Shown: positions 23,681 through 37,656 of the stretch, one piece after another | How the letters are laid out: each line of letters starts with the position of its first letter | How positions within the stretch are numbered: the first letter of the stretch is position 1 | Assembly (NCBI RefSeq): GCF_963921235.1 | Contig: NC_086108.1 | Span: forward strand, 11,718,001-11,782,000 | Direction of reading: 5' to 3' | Origin: Mobula hypostoma | Taxonomy: Eukaryota | Length of the DNA stretch: 64,000 nt | Program-made: the position numbers and the translations under genes | The notes under the pieces: generated by a model | The model's input: the letters and a program-made list of their open reading frames with translations, nothing else | The model's database searches: none | What the model was told of the DNA's origin: nothing

Positions 23681-24963
23681 TGAGGCTGTGGGCCCCTTTC
23701 GGCTGTTCCGGGCTCCGTGACGTTTACTGAGCTCTGCGCTGAGCTGAGGCTGAGGTTGTGGCCTGCTCTGTGTTTACGGACTCACTTTTGTTCTGAATGC
23801 TATTTGCATTCTTTTATTGTTTGCATGATTTGTTCTTTTCTCTCTCTCTGCACATCGGGTGTCTGGCAGTTCTCCTTTTTTTATGGATTAATTTGCATTT
23901 CTGTTTCATGGCTATCTGTAAGGAGACGAATCTCAGGGTTCTATAGTGTATATATACTTTGATAATAAATGTGCTTTGAACTTTGAACTCAATGGTCTGT
24001 AGTCTACCACAATCACAACAGAGAGACATAGAGCGTTACAGCACAGAAATACACCCTTCAGTCCATCTAGTCCTGCCTTGTTTCGTCAACCCACGCCTGG
24101 ACCACAGCCCTCCATATCCTTCCCAATCATGTACTTATCCAGACTTCTCATAAGTGTTGTAATTGAGCCACATCCACTATTTTCTCTGGCAGCTTGTTCC
24201 ACACACTCATCAAATTTCAAATTCTACATTCCTTTATTTTTGCCTCCTTACCATCTTTTGATTACTTCGCAACACCGCTGGTGGCTGTGATTTCAGACGC
24301 TTGAACCCTAAGCATTAGGATTTCCTCCTGAAATGCTTTCAGCTCCCTCTCCTCTAAACCTGCCAGGCTGACCAACCTCCCAGCCACTTCCGTATTGGTC
24401 CAGCCTCACTGTGTCTTTAGTGAATCTCCTGTGAAATGTTTTCTACGCCCAGCAACATAATGGTCTGGAAGGAATTAGTTCCTCTGTGTGCAGCAGCCAA
24501 ATCAGCACTCAGCAAGACAGCGGCTGAATTTCATTAGGAGTTTGAGGAGATTTGGTATGTCACCAAAGCCACTCACAAATTTCTACTGATGTGCCATGGA
24601 GAACATTCTGACTGCCTGCATCACAGTCTGGTATGGAGGGACTACTGCACAAGATTGAAGTAAGCTGCAGAGAATTGTAAACTTAGTTCCGTCATTGACA
24701 CTAGCCTTCGTAGTATCCAGGACATCTTCAAGGAGCAATGCCTCAGAAAGGCGGCAACCATCATTACGGATCCCCATCACCCTAGACATGCCCTCTTCTC
24801 ATTGTTACCATCGGGAAGGAGGTACAGGAGCCTCAACGATTCAGGAACAGCTCCTTATCCTCTGCCATTGGATTTCTGAATGGACATTGAACCCATGATC
24901 ACTACCTCACTGCACTTTATTTTTATTTTTAACCTACTTATTTAATTTCACCACTTAGTATAT

Positions 24964-27962
24964 TGTGGCGAGTATTTGTTCCATGATGACAGATGAGATA
25001 AGTTTGTTTAATTCAACAGTCAGGTTTATTGCAACAAGCACAAAAGCAGACCAGGCACTATGACCCGAGGACAGGACCCAGCAGTGACATGCACACAGGA
25101 GAGGTGATTATTACACAGCCTGGTTACGATCAGGGTGACCCACAAACATGCATGTGAATAACTGTATAACCCAAGCTAAAATGTAGCAATAAATGAACTT
25201 GAACATGTCAGCATAATCCAATGGAAGCATTCTAAAACAAGAACAATAAGTAGTGCTGGCCACAAGGAATGCTGGGGTAGGCTGTCGACCATGCCCCCTC
25301 CCCACCCCCAGAACACTACACTGCCCCTACCTGAGCTTTCAGCCACCCCCTGGAAGCCCAGAGTCCACAACAAAATCCAAAAGTCCTGGTAGTGGTCACC
25401 TCCACTGCCTTGGGGTGCTGTAGCCACCCCATGGGAGGCACTGCTTGGTGAGTTAAGAGGTATGGCACCCGAAGTGTCACTTCCTTCCTACAGCCTCGCT
25501 GGGCCGGTGGTGACTGAGGGCCAACACAGTGCCAGTCAGTCCTCGTGCAGCATGACTGCTTTCCGTCGCTCAGGTAGTCGTACCTGATATACCACATCAG
25601 AGATTTGGTCGAGCACCTCTCCCGGCCCCTTCCAATGGCTTCCAAACTTGGGGGATAGAACCATCTTCTGGGTGGGGCAGTAGACCAATACTGGGGCCCC
25701 CACGAGGTACTGCTGGATTGGCGTCCTTGACTGGCGGCCGGTCGGTTTTGGGACGTGGGAGTGTCACGGCAGTGCACATCCTGCCTGTACCCAGGCCAAT
25801 AGAAGCGTTTGTGAGTTAAGAGTCCTCGCTAGTCCTCGGGACACCGAAACAGCCGGCCCCCACCAGCCCATGCACCGACTGCAGCGCCGTGGCGTGGAGC
25901 TCTCGGGGGATCACCATCTGCAGGAGATGTCTGTCACCATTGGAAAATGGGCACTGCTGGAACAGCAACTCATTGCACATCTCCAGTGGGCCCCACTGAG
26001 AGCATGGGCTTTGGTCTCCGGATACAGGTTGGAGACCTCTGCCCACTCCAGCCGCTGTTCCATGCTCAGCTATCCCCTCACCCAGGCCAGCATGGAATCA
26101 CTCACCTGCTCATTGGCAATGGTGTGGAGGACTACTTCACCGCCAGTTGTCAACCGAAATGCCACCACCATCGCTTGCCTCTGGTTCTGCTGTGTTGCGT
26201 TGGGCCACTGCGGGCTGTACCGCAGTGCCGCGGGCCACTGTGAGACCGGCGGTGGTCGTTGCTCTGCCTGCTGGATCCATTTTCAGGAGCTGCCCTACAG
26301 GAGAGCCAAGACTTCAGTGCCAAGGTAGAGTGTTGCCCCCAGCACATCCACACGGCCCCCCAGCGGGATAGCAGGCCCAGAACCATGATGGAAGATACCC
26401 AAATGTCTCCTCATGTTCTGCTGTGTTTTCCCCACAGTGACACACAGCCTCCTCTTCCCATTCATCACGACGTAGTCATCACAGACCGTAGCCAGCTGGA
26501 CCACCGTGGTTGGCCTTGTGTCTACCAACACACAGCATCTGATGCCCTCCTCCCCTCAGTCCATGCTCTGCAGCCAAACGGCGCACCTGGGGCGGCGACA
26601 ACGGAGGGATTCTGCTGGAGGTCTAGGACGGCATTGCCCGTTCTACGTTTCCCAATGGCTGTGCTGGGCTGTGGCCTGATGCTGGTGTGGGACAGTCCCA
26701 GGCCAAAAGACCTGCCTTGCCATATCAGAAGTGAAGGTCGCCCCGTGGCGTGCAAAGAGGCCAGCACCACGTTGGTCAGACATATCTTATGGGCTCCTCT
26801 CCCTTGGTGACATAAGCCCAGGCTCATGGCCCGTGGGGTGACGCTGGGATACTTTGGGGGAGATAAAATTGCTTCTGCCCTCTCTGCCTCTGCCAGTGAT
26901 GATGGTGATGTCAGGCGAACTTGTGCAAAGGCACGCCGGTGTCAGCGTCTTTACAAAGGCGTGGAAAGCAAGCTCTTCCTAGGCCATGGGAGGGAATTGG
27001 GGTAGCCATGCCGAGCACAATGGCGGAGATCTGCTGCAAACACCCCCAGGCTTTCTCCCACTTGGCGTGTCTACAGCTCTGTTCTTCCCTCATTGCTTCC
27101 TCCAAATGCCGCTCCAACAACGAGGGCCCTGTAGTCACGCTGCTCAGCTGGCATTAGGTAGAGGAAAGCCCGGAGGGCATCGCCCTCCAGCACCAAGGCA
27201 AGGTGCACCATCATCTCCCATTGTGCCATGTGGCAAGTTTGATGTGCCAAGTAGGGGTCCAGGCAGCTGGCACCATTGTAACTGTGAAGCTTCGGGGGGA
27301 GCTTGTGGTGTGAGTTACTAAGGACTGTTGGCCCTTCTTTTGCTCCAGTGGAGTCGTGTCTGCCATGTTGCCCATTCTCTCACAGCTGTGGCATCTTGGG
27401 TTACGAGGGAGGGGGGTGATGCGCTCTGCTGTGTCCCCTGGGTTGGGTACACTCACCCCTATCGAGGTTCTGTAGGAAGGTACCACGCTCGGTTCCCAGG
27501 TTCTCCCTCCGTCTCAGCGCCCTATCTTTGGGAGCCCAACCTGGCAATGTGATGGAGGATTCCTGCTTGGTCTCTCTACTCATTCCCCAGGTCCATCCAA
27601 CATTGTAGCTCTCCAATCTCGCCATCAATTTCTAATCTCACTCCTGACACCCGTTTTTATTGCAATAAATACAAAAACACCAGGCGTTATGACCTGGGGA
27701 GAGAACTCACTCAGTCACAGACAGACGGGGGAGGTGATTATCACACACTCTGGTTACAGTCAGGGTGACCCACAAACACACGAGTGAGTAACTGTATAAC
27801 CCAAGTGAAAATGTAGCACTAAATGAACTTGAACATCACACCATAATCCCACGAATGCATTTTAAAACAAGAACGATACGTAGCGCTGGGCCACTAGGAA
27901 TGCTGGGGTGGGGCTGTCACCCACGTTCCCCCCCTCACCCCACCCCACTCCAGAGCATTACT
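24964..27962 (-). mobile_element. Internally deleted Ty3/Gypsy-like LTR retrotransposon
   Basis: LTRs at 24964-25320 (TG...CA) and ~27654-27962; 4-bp TSD atat. PPT aggtaggggcag (25332-25321). PBS complementary to the tRNA-Leu 3' end (27635-27652). Protease-like MLVDT and integrase Zn-finger remnant (VIPREL..ALQSVHG..GAGCFGV, RFYWPGYRQDV). Confidence 0.85.
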
Positions 27963-28189
27963 ATATATATACATATACAGTGTTTACTGTAATTTCAGTT
28001 TTTTCTATATTTATCATGCATTGCATTGTACAGCTGTTGTTAAGTTAACAAATTTTACAACATATGCCGATGATATTAAACCTGATTCTAATCTCAGATA
28101 AAATATTATCCCAGAAGTGGAAGCAAGATTCATTCCAAAGAGATTAAATGCCAATAAAATTTTGTCAGTGGTCTGCTGCAGAACTGTAG

Positions 28190-28785
28190 CCTGGCTGTGA
28201 TGCTGAGACTCTATCAGTCATTGGTGAGGCCTCACTTGGAGTATTGGGAGCCATTTGAATCCCTCATATTAGAAAGGATGTTCTAACATTGGAGAGGGGT
28301 CAGTGGAGGTTTACGAGAACGATTCCAGGAATAAGAAGCGCTTGCTGGCTCTGGGCCTGTACTCACTAGAATTCAGAAGAATGGGGAGGAGGATCTCATT
28401 AAAACCTATTGAATGTTGAATGGTCTAGATACAGTGGATGTGCAGAAGATGTTTTCTATGGCGGGGGAGTCTAGGACCAGAGGACACAGCCTCAGAATAG
28501 AGGGATGTCCATTTAGAATGAAGATGATGAAGAATTTCTTTAGCTAGAGGGTGGTGAATCTGTGAAATTTGTTGCCACATACGGCTGTGGAGGCCAAGTC
28601 TTTATGTATATTTAAGGCAGTGGTTAATAGATTCTTGATTGGTCATGGAATGAAGGGATATGGGGAGAAGGCAGGATATTGGGGCTGAGAGGAAAAATTG
28701 GATCAGCCATGATGAAATGGCGGAGCAGACGTGATGGGCCAAATAGTCAAGGTCTGCTCCTATATCTTATGGTTTTATGGTCTAA
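28190..28785 (+). mobile_element. CR1 3' fragment (degenerate); similar fragments at ~21820-22450, 30420-30870, 34540-34830, 40570-40900, 57225-57910 (+) and 13280-13550, 33400-34160, 40910-41250, 45715-46550, 47620-48260, 49610-49750, 62280-62790 (-)
   Basis: CR1 ORF2 C-terminal motifs (RPHLEY, FF.QRVVNLWN) and CR1-type 3' hairpin/tails. Confidence 0.75.
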
Positions 28786-29565
28786 GTAGTAAATTACACA
28801 ATAGAAGAATACTTAGAATCACAAACAATAATTATTGAATCAAAGAATTACAGGAACAGGCCCTGCAGCCCTTTACATCCAGGTCACCTATGGTATAATA
28901 TAAACATCATCATCATTCTGTGCTGCGTTGTGTGACGTGGGCGATCATGGCCTTTCTATGACCATGATTGTTCTTGGCAAATTTTTCTACAGAGGTGGTT
29001 TTCCATTGCCTTCTTCTGGGCAGCGTCTTTACAAGACGGGTGACCCCAGCCATTATCAATACTCTTCAGAGATTGTCTGCCTGGTGACAGTGGTCACATA
29101 ACCAGGACATGTGATATGCACTGGCTGCTTATACGGCCATCCACCACCTGCTGTCATGGTTTTGTGGAGAAAAACGGGTGCTACACCTTGCCCAAGGGTG
29201 ACCTGCCGGCTAGTGAGAAGGAGTGCCTTGCACCTCCTTTGGTCGAAATTTAACTCTACCCCTGCCATCCAACAATATGACACTAGACACTAATGCTACC
29301 TAGCTGCTTTCTCTCTGTAGTTTCTATGCTTTGGTGATTCAATTGCCGGTCTAGATGCATCTTAAATATTATGAAAGTACCTTACTCCTCCACTACCTCT
29401 TTAATCAATGAATTCCGGTCCCAGTAACCATCTGGAGGAAAATATTCCCCCCTCTTAACCTGTTCGCTCTCACGTCCAGCCTTTGCCCTGGTGTTTTAGG
29501 CACACCCACCATGGGAAAGGATTCTTACAATCTACCCCCATTGAAATTTCACTGCGAGGTGGAGA

Positions 29566-30212
29566 CATAGCGAGAGGATTCGAGTACAGGAGCAGGGAGG
29601 TACTACTGCAGTTGTACAAGGCCTTGGTGAGACCACACCTGGAGTATCGTGTGCAGTTTTGGTCCCCTAATCTGAGGAAAGACATCTTTGCCATACAGGG
29701 AGTACAAAGAAGGTTCACCAGATTGATTCCTGGGATGGCAGGACTTTCATATGAAGAAAGACTGGATGAACTGGGCTTGTACTCGTTGGAATTTAGAAGA
29801 TTGAGGGGGGATCTGATTGAAACGTATAAGATCCTAAAGGGATTGGACAGGCTAGATGCAGGAAGATTGTTCCCGATGTTGGGGAAGTCCAGAACGAGGG
29901 GTCACAGTTTGAGGATAGAAGGGAAGCCTTTTAGGACCGAGATTAGGAAAAACTTCTTCACACAGAGAGTGGTGAATCTGTGGAATTCTCTGCCACAGCA
30001 AACTGTTGAGGCCAGTTCATTGGCTATGTTTAAGAGGGAGTTAGATATGGCCCTTGTGGCTACAGGGGTCAGGGGGTATGGAGGGAAGGCTGGGGCGGGG
30101 TTCTGAGTTGGATGATCAGCCATGATCATAATAAATGGCGGTGCAGGCTCGAAGGGCCGAATGGCCTACTGCTGCACCTATTTTCTATGTTTCTATGTTT
30201 CTATGTTTCTAT
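29566..30212 (+). mobile_element. Young 5'-truncated CR1 3' end
   Basis: Uninterrupted frame to the stop at 30106 ([26 protein letters not shown]...) and a clean (tttctatg)x4 tail. Confidence 0.92.
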
Positions 30213-31299
30213 GAAAGGAGTAAGAAAGTTAGAGAGAGCTCTGCCGTGATCCCAGAGACACTGTCGTTAGGGCTCTCTGAGCCCCCTGGTCTGATGTGGG
30301 TGTCTGAAGGGTGACTGCAGGGCCAGCTCGAGACTTCAGGGGAGAGAAGGACCGGCTCACAATTCCATCTCAGCCCAGGTGGCACAGCATCCCACTCAGG
30401 GGTCAGGGTTAGGGAAGGAAGGAGGTTCACGAAAATGATTCCAGGATTGAAAGGCTTGTCATATGAGGAGAATGAGAGGGGAATCTCATTGAAACCTGTT
30501 GAACGTTTGAAAGGTCTCAATAGCGTGGATGTGGAGAGAATGTTCCCAATGGTGGGAGTGTCTAACACCAGAGGGCACAGCCTAAAATAAAGGGATACCC
30601 ATTTAGAACTGAGATGAGGAGGAACTTCTTCAATCACAAGGTTGTGAATCTGTGGAATTCATCGCCACAGGTGGCTGTGGAGGTCAAGTCATTGGGTATA
30701 TTTAAGGCAGAGGTTGATAGATTCTTGATTAGTCAGGTCATGAAGGGATACAGGGAGAGGCAGGAGATTGGGGGTGAGAGGGAAATGGATCAGCCATGAT
30801 GACATGGTGGAGCAGACTCGATGGGCCAAATGGCCTAATTGTGCTCCAGTATCTTAATGTCTTATGGTCTCAATGTGGGTTATGTCACTGTGGGTCAGTG
30901 AGGTCCAAGGTGATGTGTCATGGAGATGAAAGGCAGTAAGGGTCAGGAGGCGGTGCTCTGAACCAAATACAAAGATACACTCAGAGTTTCCCTGAAGTGA
31001 AATTGCATTGCGGTCAAATTCAGTGACCAATTACCACTGATGAATGAACTGTAATTAGCAGAGATATACAAACTATAATTAATACTGATTCATACAAACC
31101 ACAATTAATACTAATTTATGAACTGTGATTAACATAGCTGTACAAACCACAATTAACTGTAATATGTATGCCACAATTATCGCTCTTCTGGAAGTTTGCT
31201 TCCTTCATGTTGGGGATTGCTCACTGCGGCTCCATTTCTGTGGGGGTATGGCTTGTGTTCTTTCGGCAGAGTGAGTGCGCCAGACCCCGCTACTTCCCC

Positions 31300-33172
31300 T
31301 CACTGCCAGAGATTCAGCCTTCACATCTGGAGACCGGGAGGCTTACAGCTCAACCAGAGGAGGAGAATCTCTCAGGCTAAACACATATGCAAACAGAGAA
31401 TCAAGAAGCATTTCAACTCCTCGGACCCCCGGCGCATGTGGCAAGGCATACCAGTCATTAGAGACTTCAAACCACTTAGTACTGTGCCCCCTTCCAGCTC
31501 TGCTTCCCTCCCTGATGAGCTCAATTACTTGTACGCTCGCTTTGACCGAGAGAACAAGGAGGTCACCCTCAGAGCGGATCTCCCACCCGGTGAACTGCCT
31601 CTCTCACTTTCCACCTCCAATGTTTGCACCACCCTGAGCAGGGTGAATGTATGAAAGGCAGCTGGTCTGGATGGAATACCTGGCCGTATGCTCAGAGTCT
31701 GTGCAGGGCAGTTGGCCGGGGTCTTCACAGACATTTTTAATCTGTCCCTGGCCCAGGCAGTTGTCCCCACAAGCTTCAAGATTGCCACCATCGTGCCAGT
31801 GCTGAAGCATTCCACTGCCACGGGCCTGAATGACTTCCGCCCAGTGGCACTCACCCCCATCATTGCAAAGTGCTTTGAGAGACTGGTTCTATCACATCTG
31901 AAATCCTGTCTGCTCACTACCCTGGACCGCCATCAATTTGCCTATCGCACCAACAGGTCAACAGAGGATGCCATCTCCACGGCACCTCACTCTGCCTTGA
32001 CCCACCTGGACAGCCTCAACTCTTACATCAGAATGCTGTTCATTGACTTTAGTTTGGCATTCAATATGGTGATCCCTTCAAAGCTGATCGCCAAACTTCG
32101 CCAGCTTGATATCAGCTCATCCCTCTGCAATTGGACCTTGGACTTTCTGACTAACAGACCCAATCAGTTAAGATAGACAACCTCTCCTCCTCCACTCTCA
32201 CCCTGAACACTGGCGTGTCTCAAGGCTGTGTGCTGAGCCCTCTTCTGTACTCCCTTTTCACCTATGACTGCGTTCCTGTACATGGTTCTAACTCCATAAT
32301 CAAGTTTGCAGACGACACTATGCTGATTGGCCTGATCAGAGGGGATGATGAGACGGCCTACAGGGACAAGGTCCAGCACCTGGCCGCATGGTGTGCCGAC
32401 AACAACCTGACCCTTAACACCCAGAAGACCAGTGAGATCATTGTGGACTTCAGGCATGCTAGGAGCCACACTCACGTCCCCATCTACATCAACGGAGCTG
32501 TAGTGGAGTGTGTATCAAACTTCAAATTTCTTGGTGTCCACTTTTCCGAGGATCTCACCTGGTCCCTGAACTCCTCCATCCTGATCAAAAGGCACAACTG
32601 CGCCTTTATTTCCTGCGGAGCATGAAGAAAGCTCACCTCTGTCCCAGGATACTGACGGACTTTTACCGCTGTACCATTGAGAGCATACTCACCAACTGTA
32701 TCTCTGTGGAATGGCAATTGTCCCATATCGGCAAAGCACTCCAGCAGGTGGAGAAATTGCCCAGCGGATTATCAGCACCCAATTGCCCACCATTGAGAAC
32801 ATCTACCATAAATGCTGCCTGGGCAGGGCAAAAAGCATTATCAAGGATGCACCTCACCCTAACCATGGACTTTTTACTCTCCTCCCATCCGGTAGGCGCT
32901 ACAGGAGCCTCTGCTTCCGCACCAGCAGGCACAGGAAGAGCTTCTTCCCTGAGGCTGTGACCCTGCTGAACCTCACATCACAGCGCTAAGCAGTATTGCA
33001 CCCGTATTGTACTGTCTCAGTGCTTTTATATTTGTGTGCTGTAGCACTTTTTATTCGCAGTTATTTTGTAAATAACACTATTCTTTGCGTTTCTGGTCAG
33101 ATGCTAAATGCATTTCATTGGCTTTGTATCTGTACTCGGCACAATGACAATAAAGTTGAATCTAATCTAATC
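31300..33172 (+). mobile_element. Rex1/Babar LINE, RT region and 3' end, frameshifted
   Basis: [58 protein letters not shown]; 3' end acaatgacaataaagttgaatctaatctaatc. Confidence 0.9.
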
Positions 33173-33508
33173 ACTGTGGCACTGGACCTCAGTTTTGCCT
33201 GTGTGAGTAAGCAGACATCGCCGCTTGTCGTAGAACGATGCTGCTGGGATCCAAACAACTGGAGCACTCTGTGCAGTTACTCGCACACAGCATTACCCTG
33301 CCCCTTTGCTGCTGTAATGCTTGGCCGAACCCCTTGTTACCCAGTACTGCACTGGACAGGTCTCTCAGCCTACAAGGTTGTTCCGAACCAATTAATTTAG
33401 TAGTTAAATGCCTGACTAGACAAATCTGTTTGTCTGCACAATCTCCATGTCCTTCCATTTCCCACACACTCATGTGCCTATCAAAATGTTGCTTAAGCAT
33501 CTCTAATG

Positions 33509-33575
33509 CAGGAGTTCGCAATCTGCGGTCCATGGACCTCCTGGTCAATGGCATTAAAAGGGTTGGGAACCCCTG
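33509..33575. mobile_element. 67-bp hAT MITE inserted in a CR1 fragment
   Basis: caggagttcgcaa...ggttgggaacccctg; TSD ctctaatg/ctctgttg. Confidence 0.7.
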
Positions 33576-36384
33576 CTCTGTTGTATCCGCCTCTACTACT
33601 ACTGCAGGCAGCGCATCCCAGGCACACACCACTCTCTGTGTGAAATACTCACCCCTCACATCTCTTTTGAAATTATCCCCTCTCATCATAAATGCAAGCC
33701 CTTGGGTGTTAGACATTTTTACCCTGGGAAAACGATATTATCTGTCTTCTCTATGTATGCCTCTCATAATCTTAGAAACTTCTATCAGATCTCTCCCCAG
33801 CCTCTGCCACCCAGAGAGAACAACCAAGCTTGTCCAACCTCTCATGCCTTCAAATCCAAGCAAAATCTTGGTAAAACTCTTCTGCACCCTCTCCAAAGCC
33901 TCGACATCCTTCCTGTAATGGGGTGCAATATGTCTGGAATATTCCAGATGTGGCCAGCGAGAGTTTTATCTTGTGTCCACCCTCCTGTTATAGCACATGC
34001 CCTCTAATCCAGGCAGCATCCTGGTAAACTTCTTCTGCACTCTCTCCAAAGCCTCAGCATCCTTCCTGTAGTGGGATGGCTAGAACAGTATACAATACAC
34101 CAGATGAAGCCAAAATAATGTTTTATAAAGCTGCAACAATAACTTTCTGACTTTAGAACTCAAAGATTTGGGAGGTCTTCAGAGTACAAAAATAGACCAT
34201 TCAGCCCTTCTGCTCAGTACGGTGTTTCTGCCCAACATTAATCTCCTCCATCTCTCCCGATCCCCACATTCTTCAAATTCCATCTTCCTCGTGTGTTTAT
34301 CCAACCCGTTTGATCTATTCATCCTACTTGCTATTGGTGTTGGTTCATTGTTGTTACATGTCCCAAGTTGCAGTGAAAAGCTTGTCCTGCAAACTGTTTA
34401 TACAGTTCAAACCATTACACAGTGCATTGAGCTAGAATAAGGTAAAACAATGACAATGCAGGATAAAGTGTAAAATATACTGAAAGAGTACAGTGCAGGT
34501 AAACAATAGGGTGCAAGATAGATAAGGTAAATGTAAGCAGGCTTTTTCCTCTGAGGTTGGGTGGGACTACAACTGCTGGTCATGGGTTAAGGGTGAAATG
34601 TTTAAAGTTTAAGGGGAAGATGAGGGGAAACTTCTTCACTCAGAAGATGGTGAGAGTGTGGAATGAGCTGCCAGTGCAAGTGGTGTATGTGAACTCAATT
34701 TCAACATTTAAGAGAAGTTTGTATAGGTACCTGGATATGGAGGGCTATGGTCCTGATTCAGGCAGTTTAAAAGATTTGGCATGGACTAGATGGGCCAAAT
34801 GGCCCGTTTCTTTTCTATAACTGTATGTGCTCTGTCACGACTCTTTTCTATGCTCCAACCATTCTCTGTGGGCAGATTCCATCTGATCAATGATTTTTTT
34901 TTGTGAATGATTTAGATCTGGGATGTAGGAATCAGGATCAGAATCAGGTTCAATATCACTTGCGTATGTTGTGAAATTTGTTACCTTTGCGGCAGCACAA
35001 TACAATTCATAATAATAGGGGAAAAGCTGTGAATTACAGTAAGTATATTAAATAGTTAACTTAAATAAGTAGTACAAAAATAGAAATAAAAAAAAGGTAG
35101 TGAGGTAGTGTTCATGGGTTCAATGTTCATTCAGAAATCAGGTGGCAGAGGGGAAGAAGCTGTTCCTGAATCACTGAGTGTGTGTCTTCAAGCTCCTGTA
35201 CCTCCTCCCTGATGGTAACGGTGAGAAGAGGGCATGTCCTTGGTAATGGGGGTCCTTAATGATGGATTCCACCTTTTTGAGGCATACTACAGAGGTTAGT
35301 GCCGTTGATGAAGCTGACTAATTTTACAACTCTCTGCAGCTTATTTCGATCCTGTGCTGTAGTCTTCCCCACCCCACCCCCACCATACCAGATGGTGTTG
35401 CATGCAGGCAGTTAGAATGCTCTCCATGGTACATCTGTAGAAATTTGCAATTTCCATCAGGGATGGACAGAGTTATGTTGCTGTAACCATGAACTGTTTG
35501 CTGATTTCCTCCTTAGCGTTTTCTCCCCCCGCACCCCCAGATCTCAGGTTGCTCTCTCAAGAAATGAATTTGTTGCAGTCATGTTCATTAACTTTAATTC
35601 CAATACAGAATGCAACCTTTCCTCTAATTATTTTTCCTCCCCCTCCATGGAATCCCCCTCGACACCTCTGATTGATGATCGAGCATCATGCTGTCAGATT
35701 CTGTTCTCGGTTTGAATTAAGGACATTTACTTCAGCAAAAAAAAAACGTTCAAACAAATAACTAACAATGATGGATAAGAAACAGAAATACTGTATATTT
35801 AAAAAAAAAAGTGAGGTAGTGTCCAAGGATTCAATGTCCATTTAGGAATCGGATGACAGAGGGGAAGAAGCTGTTCCTGAATCACTGAGTGTGTGCCTTC
35901 AGGCTGCTGTACCTCCTCCCTGATGTAGCTATGAGAACAGGGCATGTCCTGGGTGATGAGGGTCTTTAAGGATGGATGCCGCCTTTTTGAGGCGTCGCTC
36001 CTTGAAGATGTCATGATAGAGCAAGTTCCTGATGACACGAAGACTGGTGGAGTTACTGGCATGTGGAGGGTGGTCCTGGGTTGGGGGTGATATCCATGTT
36101 TGGGTGAAGTGGGCTGAGAGACATGAGGTGATGCACTTTGGGGACATTGGTGGGGTCCAGACGCAGACCCTGAGTGGTAGGGTCCTGGGAGTATTGAGGG
36201 CCAGTGGGTCCTGGAAGGCAGCACAAGGAGATAATGTGGTTATGAAGAGATATGAACCACTAGGCTTCAATCGTCAGGTCACAGGATACAGCAGCAGGGA
36301 GGTTGAGTTGGTCTCAGTTTCTTTATCCGGTGTCCCAGTGTGGCTTCCTGTATATTGGTGAGTCACGACATGGATTGGGAGTCT

Positions 36385-36990
36385 GATTTGACGAGGACCT
36401 ACTCTCCATCCGCCTGAAAAAGTGGGATCCCCCGGTGGCCACTCATTTCAATTCTACTCCCCATTCCCATTTGGACATGTCAGTCCATGGCCTCTTCTAC
36501 TACCGCGATGAGGCCACACTCAGGTTGGAGGAGCAACACCTTATATTCCATCTGGGTAGCCTCCAACCTGATGGCATGAACATCGATTTCTCAAACTTCT
36601 GGTAATTGCCCTCCCCCTGTCCTTCACCATTCCCCATTCTTGTTTCTCTCTCTCACTTTATTTCCTTACCATCACCTCCCTCTGGTGCTCCTCCCTCTTC
36701 CCATTTGTCCATGGTCTTCTGTCCTCTCCTTTCAGATTCCTCATTCTCCAGCCCTTTAGCTCTTTCAACTATCAACTTCCCTGCTCTTTACTTCACCCCT
36801 TCCCTTCTGCCATTTCACCTATCACCTGCCACCTTGTACTTCTCCCCCCTCCCCCCACCTTCTTACTCTGGCTTCTCCCCTTCCTTTCCAATCCTGAAGA
36901 AGGTCTCGGTTCAAAGGTCAGCTCTTCACTCTTTTCAATAGATGCTGCTTGACCTGTTAAGTTTTTCTCCAGCATTTTATCTGTGTTGCT
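36385..36990 (+). mobile_element. Older Penelope-like fragment (GIY-YIG C-terminus + terminus)
   Basis: Aligns to 5270-5470 (PVATHFNS...LRLEEQHLIF.LGSLQPDGMNIDFSNF); degenerate hammerhead region at ~36890-36925. Confidence 0.85.
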
Positions 36991-37656
36991 ATGTAATGAC
37001 ATCTGAATATTGCATCAAGTTCTGATCACATTTAGAGGGATCTAAGAATATCCTTTCTCACTCACAAGGCGGTGAGCATCAGGAACACTCTGCCTGCAAG
37101 AGCAGTGGAAGCAGAGTCTCTGACAGTGTTTAGTTGTCTAGAAAAGCGCTTTAATTGCTTGACGTAGAAGGCTATGGGCCAAGTGCTAAAGATTGGATTA
37201 CTGTGGATGGTTGCTTCAGTGGTGCATGGCCTGTTTCCCTGCAGAGTGATCTATGGCTCCAAGTTCCAGATTCCAAGGAAAGAGGGTTCTGCTGAGTTCT
37301 GAATGGACTTCACGGAGAGGGAAACCAGAGATCCATGAGCGAGTCTTCATAGGAGGACCAGAGGTAGAGAGGGTTAGCAACTTAAAATTCCTGGAAGTTA
37401 CTATTTCAGAGGACCTGTCAGTGCGAAAGTGCAATTGCAAAGAAAGTATGGCAGTGCCTCTAATTCCATAGGAGGTTGCAGAGACTTGGCATGACATCTA
37501 AAACTTTGACAGACTCTATAGATGTGTAGTGGAGAGTATCTTGACTGGCTATTTCATAGCCTGGCATAGAAACAGCAATGCTTTTGAATGGAAAATCCTA
37601 CAAAAAGAAATGGATTCATCCTAATATATCAGGAGTAAAACCCTCCCAACCATTAT

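Noticed and set aside
23185..23730. 181-aa repetitive ORF as a host protein, or the array as CRISPR
   Set aside because: The unit length (78) is simply a multiple of three, the array lies inside a retroposon, there are no unique spacers, and the context is eukaryotic with no cas genes.
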